A stretch of 64,000 bases of DNA from contig JASTWF010000035.1 in the NCBI GenBank assembly GCA_030390025.1, forward strand, positions 3,348,001 through 3,412,000. Direction: 5' to 3'. Positions within the stretch are counted from its first letter, which is position 1; each line of letters starts with the position of its first letter. Origin of the DNA: Squalus acanthias (taxonomy: Eukaryota). Position numbers and translations under genes: made by a program. This document shows positions 35,873-47,082 of the stretch, piece after piece. The notes beneath the pieces were generated by a model. That model searched no databases, had not been told where the DNA came from, and worked only from the letters and a program-made list of their open reading frames with translations.

Positions 35873-36637
35873 GTGGACGAAGTCCAACACTGCCTTCGGT
35901 GTGCCAGTGCAGCCTTCGGTCGCCTGAGGAAGAGAGTGTTTGAAGACCAGGACCTCAAACCCGGCACTAAGCTCATGGTCTACAGAGCAGCAGTAATACC
36001 CGCCCTGCTGTATGCCTCAGAGACATGGACCATATACAGCAGGCACCTCAAACCACTGGAGAGGTACCACCAACGCTGCCTCCGCAAGATTCTGCAAATC
36101 CATTGGCAGGATAGGTGCACCAACGTCAGTGTTCTTGCTCAGGCCAACATCCCCAGCATTGAAGCTTTGACCACACTCGATCAGCTCCAATGGACGAGTC
36201 ACATTGTCCGCATGCCCGATAAGAGACTCCCAAAACAAGCGCTCTACTCGGAGCTCCGACACGGCAAGAGAGCCCCACGTGGGCAGAGGAAACGCTTCAA
36301 GGACACCCTCACAGCCTCCTTCAAAAGGTGCAACATCCCCACCGACACCTGGGAATCCCTGGCCCAAGACCGCACAAAGTGGAGGAGAAGCATCCGGGAA
36401 GGCGCCGAACACCTCGAGTCTCTTCGCTGGGAGCAAGCGGAAGCCAAGCGCAGGCAGCACACGTCAACCCAAGCACCCCACCCACCTGCCCCTTCAACCA
36501 CCGTCTGCCCCACCTGAGGCAGAGACTGTAGGTCCCGTATTGGACTGATCAGTCACCTGCGAACTCATTTTTAATGTGGAAGCAAGTCATCCTCGGTTCC
36601 CGAGGGACTGCCTAAGAAGAGAAGAAGGAAGAAGAAG
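35873..36637 (+). mobile_element. 5'-truncated RTE-clade LINE
   Basis: ORF 35873-36517 (ASAAFGRL, TKLMVYRA, LLYASETW, RCLRKIL, RLPKQ, DRTKWR) with a disrupted C-terminal C2H2-like motif CPT*GRDCRSRIGLISHLRTH. (GAA)n tail and AACT duplication at 35869-35872 and 36638-36641. Confidence 0.88.
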
Positions 36638-37545
36638 AACTAGCGTTTTGTACAGCTCCATCATAACCTCCCTGCTCTTATATTCTATGCCTCGGCTAAT
36701 GAAGGCAAGTATCTCATATGCCTTTTTAACCACCTTATCTACCTGTCCTGCTGCCTTCAGGGATCTATGTAGATGCACACCAAGGTCCCTCTGATCCTCT
36801 GTCCTTCCTAGGGTCCTACCATTCATTATGTATTCCCTTGCCTTGTTAGTCCTCCCAAAATGCAACACCTCACACTTTTCAGGGTTAAATTCCATTTGCC
36901 ACTGTTCTGCCCATCTAACCAACCCATCTATATCATCCTGTAGCCTGAGGCTTCCCTCCTCGCTATTTACCACACCACCAATTTTCGTGTCATCTGCGAA
37001 CTTACTGATCATACCTCCTACATTCATATCTAAATCATTAATGTACACTACAAACAGCAAAGGACCCAGCACCGATCCCTGCAGTACACCACTGGACACA
37101 GGCTTCCAGTCACAAAAACAACCTTCGACCATCACCCTCTGCCTACTGCCACTAAGCCAATTTTGGATCCAATGTGCCAAATTGCCCTGGATCCCATGGG
37201 CTCTTACCTTCTTGGCCAGTCTCCCACGTGGGACTTTGTCAAAAGCCTTACTGAAGTCCATGTAGACCACATCAACTGCACTACCCTCATCCACACACCT
37301 AGTCACCCCCTCGAAAAATTCAATCAAATTGGTCAGACATGATCTCCCCCTGACAAAGCCATGCTGACTATTCTTGATTAATCCTTGCCTCTCCAACTGG
37401 AGACTAATTCTGTCCCTCAGAATTTTTTCCAATAATTTCCCAACCAATGATGTTAGGCTCACTAGCCTGTAATTCCCTGGTTTATCCCTACTACCCTTCT
37501 TGAATAATGGTACTACGTTAGCTGTTCTCCAGTCCTCTGGCACGT

Positions 37546-38100
37546 CTCCAAGGCAACCTTAGAAACACACGACAACGCAAAATCATCGAGCAGAAACTGA
37601 TAGCCAAGTTCTGCACTCATGAAGACGGTCTCAATCGGGATCTTGGGTTTATGTCACGATACATGACGTGATCCGGACTCGAGTCGTCGTTAGCTTGTTC
37701 ACAGATGTGATTCCCAGTAAAAAAGTAAAAATTTTCCCAGTAAAAAAGTAAATTTTTTTTTAAAGCTTTTCGTTTTACATACATACGGCAGCTTTTGACA
37801 CGTTAGAACCCCTGCGACTTCACCTCATTGTTTCAGTTGTATCTTGCTATGTCTTTTGATGTGGTACCTTCCTGGCTGACTTAATTAACTTTATCACACC
37901 TCGGCAGATAGTCAGGATGATTTAATTTATTGGTCTGCAATTGTAAAGTACACATGCTTTTTTTTCCATCTATATATGCTCTGACGATTCTGTATCCAAT
38001 TTACTTCACCTGAGGAAGGAGCGATAGTTCCGAAAGCTTGTGATTTCAAATAAAACTGTTGGACTATAACCTGGTGTTGTGCGACCTCTCAATTTTGACT
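37546..38100 (+). mobile_element. Penelope-like element 3' end (GIY-YIG endonuclease C-terminus, 3' UTR/pLTR)
   Basis: 37546-37671 translates LQGNLRNTRQRKIIEQKLIAKFCTHEDGLNRDLGFMSRYMT*, with the E..I..F.T..GLN signature of PLE GIY-YIG domains. Hammerhead motif and AATAAA (38049-38054) follow. Confidence 0.85.
38006..38043 (+). ncRNA. Minimal type I hammerhead ribozyme motif
   Basis: TCAC-CTGAGGA-A-GGAGC-GATA-GTTCC-GAAA-GCTT-GTGA: core CUGANGA and GAAA, stem II, palindromic AAGCTT, stem I TCAC/GTGA. Confidence 0.8.
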
Positions 38101-41100
38101 TCCCCTGTGGCCAGAGAGGTTCTGAAAATTTGTGTCAGAGCCCCTGCAATCTCCTCCCTTGCCTCACACAGCAGCCTGGGATACATCTCGTCAGGGCCTG
38201 GGGATTTATCCACTTTTAAGCCCGCTAAAACCGCTAGTACCTCCTCCCTCTCAATACTAATTTGTTCAAGTATATCACAATCCTCCTGTCGGATTTCTAT
38301 GCCTACATCGTCCTTCTCCATAGTGAACACAGGTGCAAAATATTCATTTAAGACCTCACCTGCATCTTCCGGCTCTACACACAGATTGCCACATTGGTCC
38401 CTAATGGGCCCTACTCTTTCCCTGGTTATCCTCTTGCCCTTAATATACTTATAAAACACCTTGGGATTTTCCTTTATTTTGCCCGCCAGTGTTTTTTCAT
38501 GCCCCCTCTTCGCTCTCCTAATTTCTTTAATTACCCGCCTGCACTTTCTATACTCCTCTAGGGCTTCCATTGTTTTTAGTTCTTTGTATCTGCCAAAAGC
38601 CTCCCTTTTTTAACTAATCCATTCTTGTACATCCCTTGACATCCAGGGTTCCCTGGGCTTGTTAGTCCCACCCTTGACCTTTACGGGAACATGTTGGCGT
38701 TGTACTCTCTCTATTTCCTTTCTGAAAGACTCCCACTGCTCTGATGTGGATTTCCCTACAAGTATCTGATCCCAGTCCACTTTGGCCAGATCCTGCCTTA
38801 TCATATTAAAATCGGCCTTCCCCCAATTTAGAACCTTTATTTCCGGTCCATCTTTGTCCTTTTCCATGACTTCCTTAAATCTCACCGAATTATGGTCACT
38901 GTCACCAAAATGCTCTCCGACTGACACTTCTACCACTTGCCCGGCTATATTCCCTAGAATTAGGTCCAGTACTGCCCCCTCTCTTGTAGGACTTTCTACA
39001 TGCTGGCTCAAAAAGCTCTCCTGGATGCTCTTTAAGAATTCCACACCCTCTAAGCCTTTCACACTCTGACTATCCCAGTTAATATTGGGGAAGTTGAAAT
39101 CCCCTACTATTATTACCCTATTATTTCTAAACTTCTCTGAGATTTGCCTACATATCTGTTCCTCTAACTCCCCCTGACTGTTTGGGGGCCTATAGTACAC
39201 TCCCAGCACTCCCCTTTTTGTTTTTAAGTTCTACCCATATGGCCTCATTAGAGGAACCTGCTAAGATATCATCCCTCCTTACAGCAGTAATTGACTCCTT
39301 GATTAATATTGCGACACCCCCTCCTCTTTTACACCCCCCTCTGTCTCGCCTGAAGATTCTATACCCTGGAATATTGAGCTGCCAGTCCTGCCCCTCCCTC
39401 AACCATGTCTCTGTGATAGCAACAATATCATACTCCCATGTGTTCATCAACACCTTCAATTCATCTGCCTTACTCGCAACACTCCTTGCATTAAAATAAA
39501 TGCCATCCAGACTCGCCATACTCCCTTGTGCCGTTACATATTTGCTCTGCCTTCCAGGCTGACTTGTTTTTTCCTCTATATTTGGCTGTGCATCACCCCC
39601 TACTATAGCTCCACTCCGTATCCCTTCCTCCTGCCAAGTTAGTTTAAACCCCCCCCAACAGTACTAACAAACCTCCCCGCAAGGATGTTGGTCCCATTCC
39701 GGTTCAGGTGCAACCCGTCCGACTTGTACAGGTCCCACCTTCCCCAGAAGCAGACCCAGTGATCCAGGAAACTAAAGCCCTCCCTCCTGCACCAACTCTT
39801 TAGCCACGCATTCATCTGCTCTATCCTCCTATTCCTATACTCACTAACACGTGACACCTGGAGTAATCCAGAGATTACAACCTTTGAGGTCCTGCTTTTT
39901 AATCTGCTACCTAGCTCCCTAAATTCTTGTTGCAGGACCTCATCCCTCTTTCTACCCATGTCGTTGGTACCAATGTGAACTATGGCCTCTGATTATTCGC
40001 CTTCCCCCTGCTCCTGCTATGCTCTTCTACACTCCTTATTGAACCAGGGTTGGTCCTCTAGCTTGATGGTAATGGTAGAGTGAGGCATATGCCAGGCCAT
40101 GAGGTTACAGATTGTGGTGGAATACAATTCTGCTGCTGCTGATGGCCCACAGCGCCTCATGGATGCCCAATTTTGAGCTGCTAGATCTGTTCTGAATCTA
40201 TCCCATTTAGCACGGTGGATAGTGTCCACAGTGTGAAGACGGGACTTCGTGTCTACAATGACGGTGTGGTGGTCACTGCTACCAATACCATCATGGACAG
40301 ATGCATCTGCGACAGGTAGATTGGTGAGGACGAGTTCAAGTAGGTTTATCCCTCATATTGGTTCTCTCACCACCTGTCACAGGCCCAGATTTTACATTTA
40401 CTGTTTCAAGTTTCTTCCAGTATTGGGCAGGGCTGAGCAAGCTCTGTGATGGAGAGCAGGTGAGAGTAATTAATTAATTAAGTGGTCTAATCTGGTTCTG
40501 CAACTGCCAGAGAGCTCACTTATTAAAATCTCAGCAGTATAAATAAGGGAACTAGAGTGCAGATCGGAAGTGAGTGCGTGCGTTTCTTTTTCCATCTTTG
40601 TCAGCTTCCAGGAGAGCAGGAGCTAAAAAGCTGCACAAGAGGGGACAGAGAACCAGCGGTGAGTATTTCTACATTCCAGTCCTTAAAGTAAAAGTAAGGT
40701 CTCTAGTTTGGAATAAGTAGTGTTTAAAGGGAAGTAAGGTCCCTATGTATTTAATATTCTTTAATTTAAAGGGAGTAAATTAAGGGTAGGACATGGCAGG
40801 GGGGTGTGGAGTGCTCCTCCTGTGCTATGTTGGAAGTCAGGGACACTTTAGGTGTCCAGGGCGAACACATGTGCAGGAGGTGTCTCCAGCTGCAGCTACT
40901 CAATCCGTGTTTCGGAGCTGGAGCTGTGGCTGGAGTCACTGTGGAGCATCTGCGAAGCTGAGATCGTCATGGAGGTATGATCAGTAAGTTCGCAGATGAC
41001 ACGAAAATTGGTGGGGTGGTAAATAGCGAGGAGGGAAGCCTCAGGCTACAGGGCGATAGATGGGTTGGTCAGCTTGGCAGAACAGTGGCAAATGGAATTT

Positions 41101-41169
41101 AACCCTGAAAAGTGTGAGGTGATGCATTTTGGGAGGATTAACAAGGCAAGGAATACACAATGAATGGTT

Positions 41170-41554
41170 GGACCCTAGGAAGGACAAAGGATCAGAGGGA
41201 CCTTGGTGTGCATGTACATAGATCGCTGAAGGCAGCAGGACTGGTAGGACCCTAGGAAGGACAGAGGATCAGAGGGATCTTGGTGTGCATGTACATAGAT
41301 CCCTGAAGGCAGCAGGACTGGTAGGACCCTAGGAAGGACAGAGGATCAGAGGGACCTTGGTGTGCATGTACATAGATCCCTGAAGGCAGCAGGACTGGTA
41401 GGACCCTAGGAAGGACAGAGGATCAGAGGGATCTTGGTGTGCATGTACATAGATCCCTGAAGGCAGCAGGACTGGTAGGACCCTAGGAAGGACAGAGGAT
41501 CAGAGGGACCTTGGTGTGCATGTACATAGATCCCTGAAGTCAACAGGACAGGTA
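41170..41554 (+). repeat. 77-bp minisatellite (5 copies) derived from CR1 ORF2
   Basis: Units GGACCCTAGGAAGG..GGACTGGTA start at 41170, 41247, 41324, 41401 and 41478. Confidence 0.95.
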
Positions 41555-42024
41555 GATAAGGTGGTTAAAAAGGCATATGGGATACTTGCCTGCATTAGCC
41601 GAGGCATAGAATATAAGAGCAGGGAGGTTATGATGGAGCTGTACAAAACGCTAGTTAGGCCACAGCTGGAATACTGTGTGCAGTTCTGGTTGCCACACTA
41701 TAGGAAGGATGTGATTGCATTGGAGAGGGTGCAGAGGAGATTCACCAGGATGTTACCTGGGCTGGAGCGCTTCAGCTATGAAGAGAAACTGGACAGGCTG
41801 GGGTTGTTTTCCTTAGAGCAGAGAAGGCTGAGGGGGGGGACCTGATTGAGGTGTACAAAATTATGAGGGGCGTAGATAGAAAGGAACTTTTCCCCTTAAG
41901 AGGGGTCAATAACCAGGGGGCATTGTTTCAAGATAAGGGGCAGGAGGTTTAGAGGGGATTTGAGGAAAAACTTTTTCACCCGGAGGGTGGTTGGAATCTG
42001 GAACTCACTGCCTGAAACGGTGGT

Positions 42025-43008
42025 ACATAGATACATAGATACATAGAAGATAGGAGCAGGAGTAGGCCATCCGGCCCTTCGAGCCTGCTCCGCCATTTAA
42101 GGAGATCATGGCTGATCCTCCAATTCAGTATCCCGTCCCCGCCTTCTCTCCGTAACCCTTAACCCCTTTTGCCTGTAGAAATACATCTAATTCCCTCTTA
42201 AATATATTTAATGAGCTGGCGTACACTGCCCTCTGTGGCAATGAGTTCCACAGGTTCACCACCCTCTGAGTGAAGAAATTCCCCCTCATTTCTGTCCTAA
42301 ATGGTTTAGCCCTTATCCTTAAATTATGTCCTCTAGTTCTGTTCTCACCCGCCAAGGGAAACATTCCTTCTGCATCTAGTCTGTCTAGACCTGTCAGAAT
42401 TTTATACACTTCTATGAGGTCCCCTCTCAATCTTCTAAACTCCAGTGTGTACATCCCTAAACTACATAGTCTCTCCTCATAGGTCAATCCCGCCATTCCT
42501 GGTATCAGCCTGGTGAATCGCCGCTGCACCCCCTCCATGGCAAGAACATCTTTCCTCAGATGAGGCGACCAAAACTGTACACAGTACTCGAGGTGTGGTC
42601 TCACCAGTGCCCTGTACAGCTGCAGCAAGGTATCCCTGTTCCTGTATTCCAACCCTTTTGCTATGAAGGCCAGCATACCGTTTGCCTTCTTGATCGCCTG
42701 TTGCACCTGCATGCTCGCCTTCAGTGACTGGTGTACAAGAACACCCAGGTCTCTCTGTACTTCCCCCTCTCCCAATTTATTGCCATTTAAATAATAATTT
42801 GCCCTCCCGTTCCTGCACCCAAGGTGGATAACTTCGCACTTGTCCACATTATAGTGCATCTGCCATTTATCCGCCCAATCACCCAGTCTGTCCAAATCGC
42901 TCTGGAGCTTCCTGGTCTCCTCCTCTGAGCCCACCCCCCCTCCTAGTTTAGTGTCGTCTGCAAATTTGGAAATGCTGCATCCGACTCCCTGATCCAGGTC
43001 ATTAATGT
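42025..43008 (-). mobile_element. 5'-truncated young CR1 (family C)
   Basis: ORF 42125-43033 from YINDLDQGVG onward is near-identical to the end of 32750-34762. Confidence 0.95.
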
Positions 43009-43232
43009 AACCCTCACAACATTCAAGAAGCATTTAGATGAGCACTTGAAACGCCATAGCATACAAGGCTACGGACCAAGTGCTGGAAAATGGGATTAAA
43101 ATAGACAGGGCTTGATGGCCGGCGTGGGGCCAAAGGGCCTCTTTCTGTGCTGTATAACTCTATGACTCAGACTGACAGCTGTGTCCTTCAGGAATCGGCC
43201 AGCTCGGTCAGTAGTGGTGCTACCGAGCCACA

Positions 43233-45997
43233 CAAATTAACAGGTTTGATCTAATAGACATAACCATGACATGGTTGCAAAGTGGGCAACTAAATATTCC
43301 AGGATACTTAACTTTTAGGAGAGATAGGCAAAATGGAAAAGGAGGAGTGGTAGCCCTGATAATAAAGGATGGAATAAAAACAGTATTGAGAAAGGATCTT
43401 AGCTCTGAAAATCAAGAAGTAGAATCAGTTTGAGTGGAGCTTAGAAACAGCAAGGGGCAGAAAACATTGGTGGGAGTTGTTTATAGGCCCCCAAACAGTA
43501 GTTGTAATGTAGGGCAGAGTATGAATCAGGAAATTAGAGGCGCGTGTAACAAGGATAATACAGTGATCATAGGGGACTTTAATCTACATAGACTGGGCAA
43601 ACCAAATTTGCAGTAATAGTGTGGAGGATGAATTCATGGAATGTATGCAAGATAGTTTTCTAGATCAGTATGTTGAGGAACCAACTAGGGAACAAGCTAC
43701 TTTAGATCTAGTATTGTGCAATGAGAAAGGGTTAATTAATAACTTGTAGTAAAGGGGCCTTTAGGGAAGAGTGACCCTAATATGATAGAATTTTATATTG
43801 CGTTTGAAAGTAATTTAGTTAAATCCGAAACTAGTCTTAAATCTAAACAAAGCAAACTACATAGGTGTGAGGGGGGAGTTAGCTATGGTAGATTGGGAAA
43901 CTACATTAAAAGGTATGATGGTAGACAAGCAATGGCTAGCATTTAAGAATTAATACATAATTTACAACAAATATACATTCCTTTAAGACACAAAAACCCC
44001 ACAGGAAAAGTGGTCCAACCGTGGCTAACAAGAGAAGTTAAAGATAGTATTAGATCAAAGGAAGAGGCTTATAATGCTGCCAAAAAGAGCAGTAAGCCGG
44101 AGGATTTTAGAATTCAGCAAAGGAGGACCAAGAAATTGATAAAGAAAGGGAAAATAGAATGAGAGTAAATTAGTGAGACATAAAACAGACTGTAAAACCT
44201 TATATAGGTATGTAAAAAGGAAAAGATTAGCAGAAGTAAATGTGGGTCCCTTACAGGCTGAGACACGAGAAATTATAATGGGGAATAAGGAAACGACAGA
44301 TAAATTAAACAAATACTTTGTGTCTGTCTTCACGGAAGAAAGTGCAAAAAGCCTCCCAGAAATAGTGGAGAACCAAGGGTCTAGCGAGAATGAGGAACTG
44401 AGAGAGATTAGTATTAGTTTAAAAAAAGTACTGGAGAAATTAATGGGACTGAAAGCCGATAAACCTCCTGGACCTGAGCGCCTACATCCTGGGGTTTTAA
44501 AAGAGTTGACTATAGAGATAGTCGTTGAATCGGTTGTCATCTTCCAAGATTCCATAGATTCTAGAACGGTTCCTGCCGATTGGAAGATAGCAAATGTAAC
44601 CCCACTATTTAAGAACGGAGGGAGAGAGAAAACGGGGAACTACAGATCAGTTAGCCTGACATCAGTAGTAGGGAAAATGCTAGAATCTATTATTAAGGAT
44701 GTGGTAACAGGGCACTTAGAAAATAATAATAGGATTGGGCAGAGTCAACACGGGTCAAAAGGGAAGTCATGTTTGACGAATCTTCGAGTTTTTTGAGGTT
44801 GTATGAGGTTGTAACTTGCAGAATAGATAAGGGGGAACCAGTGGATGTGGTGTATTTGGATTTTCAGAAGGCATTCGATAAGGTGCCACACAAGGTTATT
44901 AAACAAAATTATGGGATTGGGGGAAATATACCAACATGGATTGAGGATTGGTTAACAGACAGAAAACAGAGAGTAGGAATAAACAGGTCATTTTGGGTTG
45001 GCAGGCTGTAACCGGTGGGGTACCACAAAGATCAGTGCTTGGGCCTCAGCTATTCCAAATCATTGATATAGATTGTGATGAGGGGATCAAATGTAACACA
45101 TCTAAGTTTGCTGATGATACACAGCTAGGTGGGAATGTAAGTTGTGAGGAGGATACAAAGAGGCTTTAAGGGGATGCAGACAGGCTGAGTGAGTGGGCAA
45201 GAACATGGCAAATGGAATATAATGTGGAGAAATGTGAAGTTATCCACTTTGGTAGAAAAAATAGAAAAGCAGTATTTTTTTTAAAGGGTAAGAGATTGGG
45301 AAATGTTGGTGTTCAGGGGGATCTGGGTGTCCTTGTACACTAATCAAAGTTAACATTCAGGTACAGCAAGCAATTAGGAAAGCAAATGGTATGTTGGCCT
45401 TTATTACAAGTGAATTTGAGTAGAAGGGTGAAGATATCTTTCTGAAATTATATAGGGCCCTGGTGAGACCACACCTGGAGTATTGTGTGCAGTTTTGGTC
45501 TCCTTACCTAAGGAAGGATATACTTGCCATAGAGGGAGTGCAACGAAGGTTCACCAGACTGATTCCTGGGATGGGGGGAGTGTCCGATGAAGACAGATTG
45601 AGTAGACTGGGCCTATATTTTCTGCAATTTAGAAGAATAAGAGGTGATCTCATTGAAACATACAAAATTCTTACAGGGTAGATGCAGGGAGGATGTTTCC
45701 CCTGGCTGGGGAACTAGGTCAGTCTCAGAATAAGGGGTTGGCCATTTAGGACTGAGATGAGGAGAAAATTCTTACTCAGGGTGGTGAATCTTTGGAATTC
45801 TATACCCCAGAGGGCTCTGGAGGCTCAGTCATTGAGTATATTCAAGACAGATCGATAGATTTTTGGATATTAAGGGATATGGGGATAGTGCAAGAAAGTG
45901 GAGTTGAGGTAGAAGATCAGCCATGATCTTATTGAATGGCGGAGCAGGCTTGAGGGGCCAAATGGCCTACTCGTGTTCCTATTTCTTACGTTCTTAT
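43233..45997 (+). mobile_element. Degenerate CR1 ORF2 to tail
   Basis: Colinear frameshifted APE-RT pieces (43434-43616, 44173-44796, 44769-45011, 45463-45681) and 3' stem-loop. Confidence 0.9.
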
Positions 45998-45999
45998 CT

Positions 46000-46632
46000 G
46001 TGAGTACAAATACAGAAATCACTAAAAGTAGTGATGCCGGTTAGAATTGAAAAGTAGAGCAGTTATGCTAAACTTGTATCAAACCTTGGTTTGACCACAC
46101 TTGGAGTACTGCGTACAATTATGGTCGCCATATTATAAAAAGGATATAGAGGCACTGGAGATGGTGCAAAAAAGGTTTACAAGGATCATACCAGAAATGT
46201 GAGGTTATACCCATCAGGAAAGGATGAAATGGCTGGGTCCCTCTTCTCAGAGTAGGCTCAGGAGTGACCTAATAGAGGTCTTTAAAATTATGAAAGATTT
46301 TGATAGAGTAGACAGAATGTTTCCACTTGTGGGGAAGAGCATAACTAGAAGCCATCAATATAAGATAGTCACCAAGAAATCAAATAGGAAATTCAGAAGA
46401 AACTTCTTTACCCAGAGAGTGGTGAGAATGTGAAACTCACTACCACAGGAAGTGGTTGAAATGAATAGCATAAATGCATTTAAGGGGAGGCTCTAAGCAT
46501 GAGGGAGAAGGGAATACAGGGTTACGCTGATAGAGTTGAATGAGGAAAGACTGTAGCACACTCGAGTGGAGCATAAACGTCGGCATAGACTGGTTGGGCC
46601 TGTTTCTGTGCTTTATATCCTAAGTAATCCTA
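46000..46632 (+). mobile_element. CR1 3' fragment of another family
   Basis: ORF 46224-46433 (DLIEVFKIMK..RNFFTQRVVRM). Similar to minus-strand 58946-59405. Confidence 0.75.
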
Positions 46633-47082
46633 TGGAATAATCATCGGGGGACTCTAATCTTCATATAGACTGGGCAAATCAAAAGGGTAGTCTGGAGGAT
46701 GAGTTCATGGAATGCATTTGAGACAGTTTCCTAGAACAATACGTCATGGAACCAACCAGGGAACAGGCATCTTAGATTTGGTATTGTGTAATGTCCGGGT
46801 TAAATAGTAATCTCATAGTAAAGGATCCTCTGGGGAAGAGTGATCATCATAAGTATTTCACTCTCAAACCAATGTGAAATTCTAAGTCCGAAACTAGAGT
46901 ATTAAACATAAATAAAGCCAATTACATAGGTATAAGGGGCGAGTTGGCTAAGGTAGATTGGGAAATTTGATTAAAATATGACAGTAGATAAGCAGTGGCA
47001 AACATTTAAAGAAATATTCCAAAATTCTCTGCTAATATACATTCCATTGAGATATAAAAACTCCATGGGAAAAGTGATCCGT

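Larger units (their letters stand above)
35312..40006 (-). mobile_element. CR1 family B, from within ORF1 to the tail, interrupted by RTE and Penelope fragments
   Basis: Minus ORFs 39639-39959 (ORF1 end), 39190-39519, 38610-39209, 38064-38570, 36587-37543 and 35521-35976. Flanking CTGCTC duplication. Confidence 0.92.
40389..43167 (+). mobile_element. CR1: 5' UTR and ORF1 start joined at about 40975 to a family B RT 3' part; interrupted at 42025-43008
   Basis: ORF1 zinc-finger start at 40793, then an abrupt jump to GGMISKFADD. The 3' end resumes at 43009 and ends in the CTATGACT tail. Confidence 0.8.
31159..43232 (-). mobile_element. Second LINE lineage (CR1/L2-group RT, A-rich tail) in four pieces: 31159-32691, 34861-35311, 40007-40388, 43168-43232
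   Basis: ORF 31220-32683 ([39 protein letters not shown]) is distinct from the main CR1s. Upstream peptides continue in ORFs 35011-35244 and 40017-40229 across the insertions. The exact clade is not determinable by eye. Confidence 0.8.
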
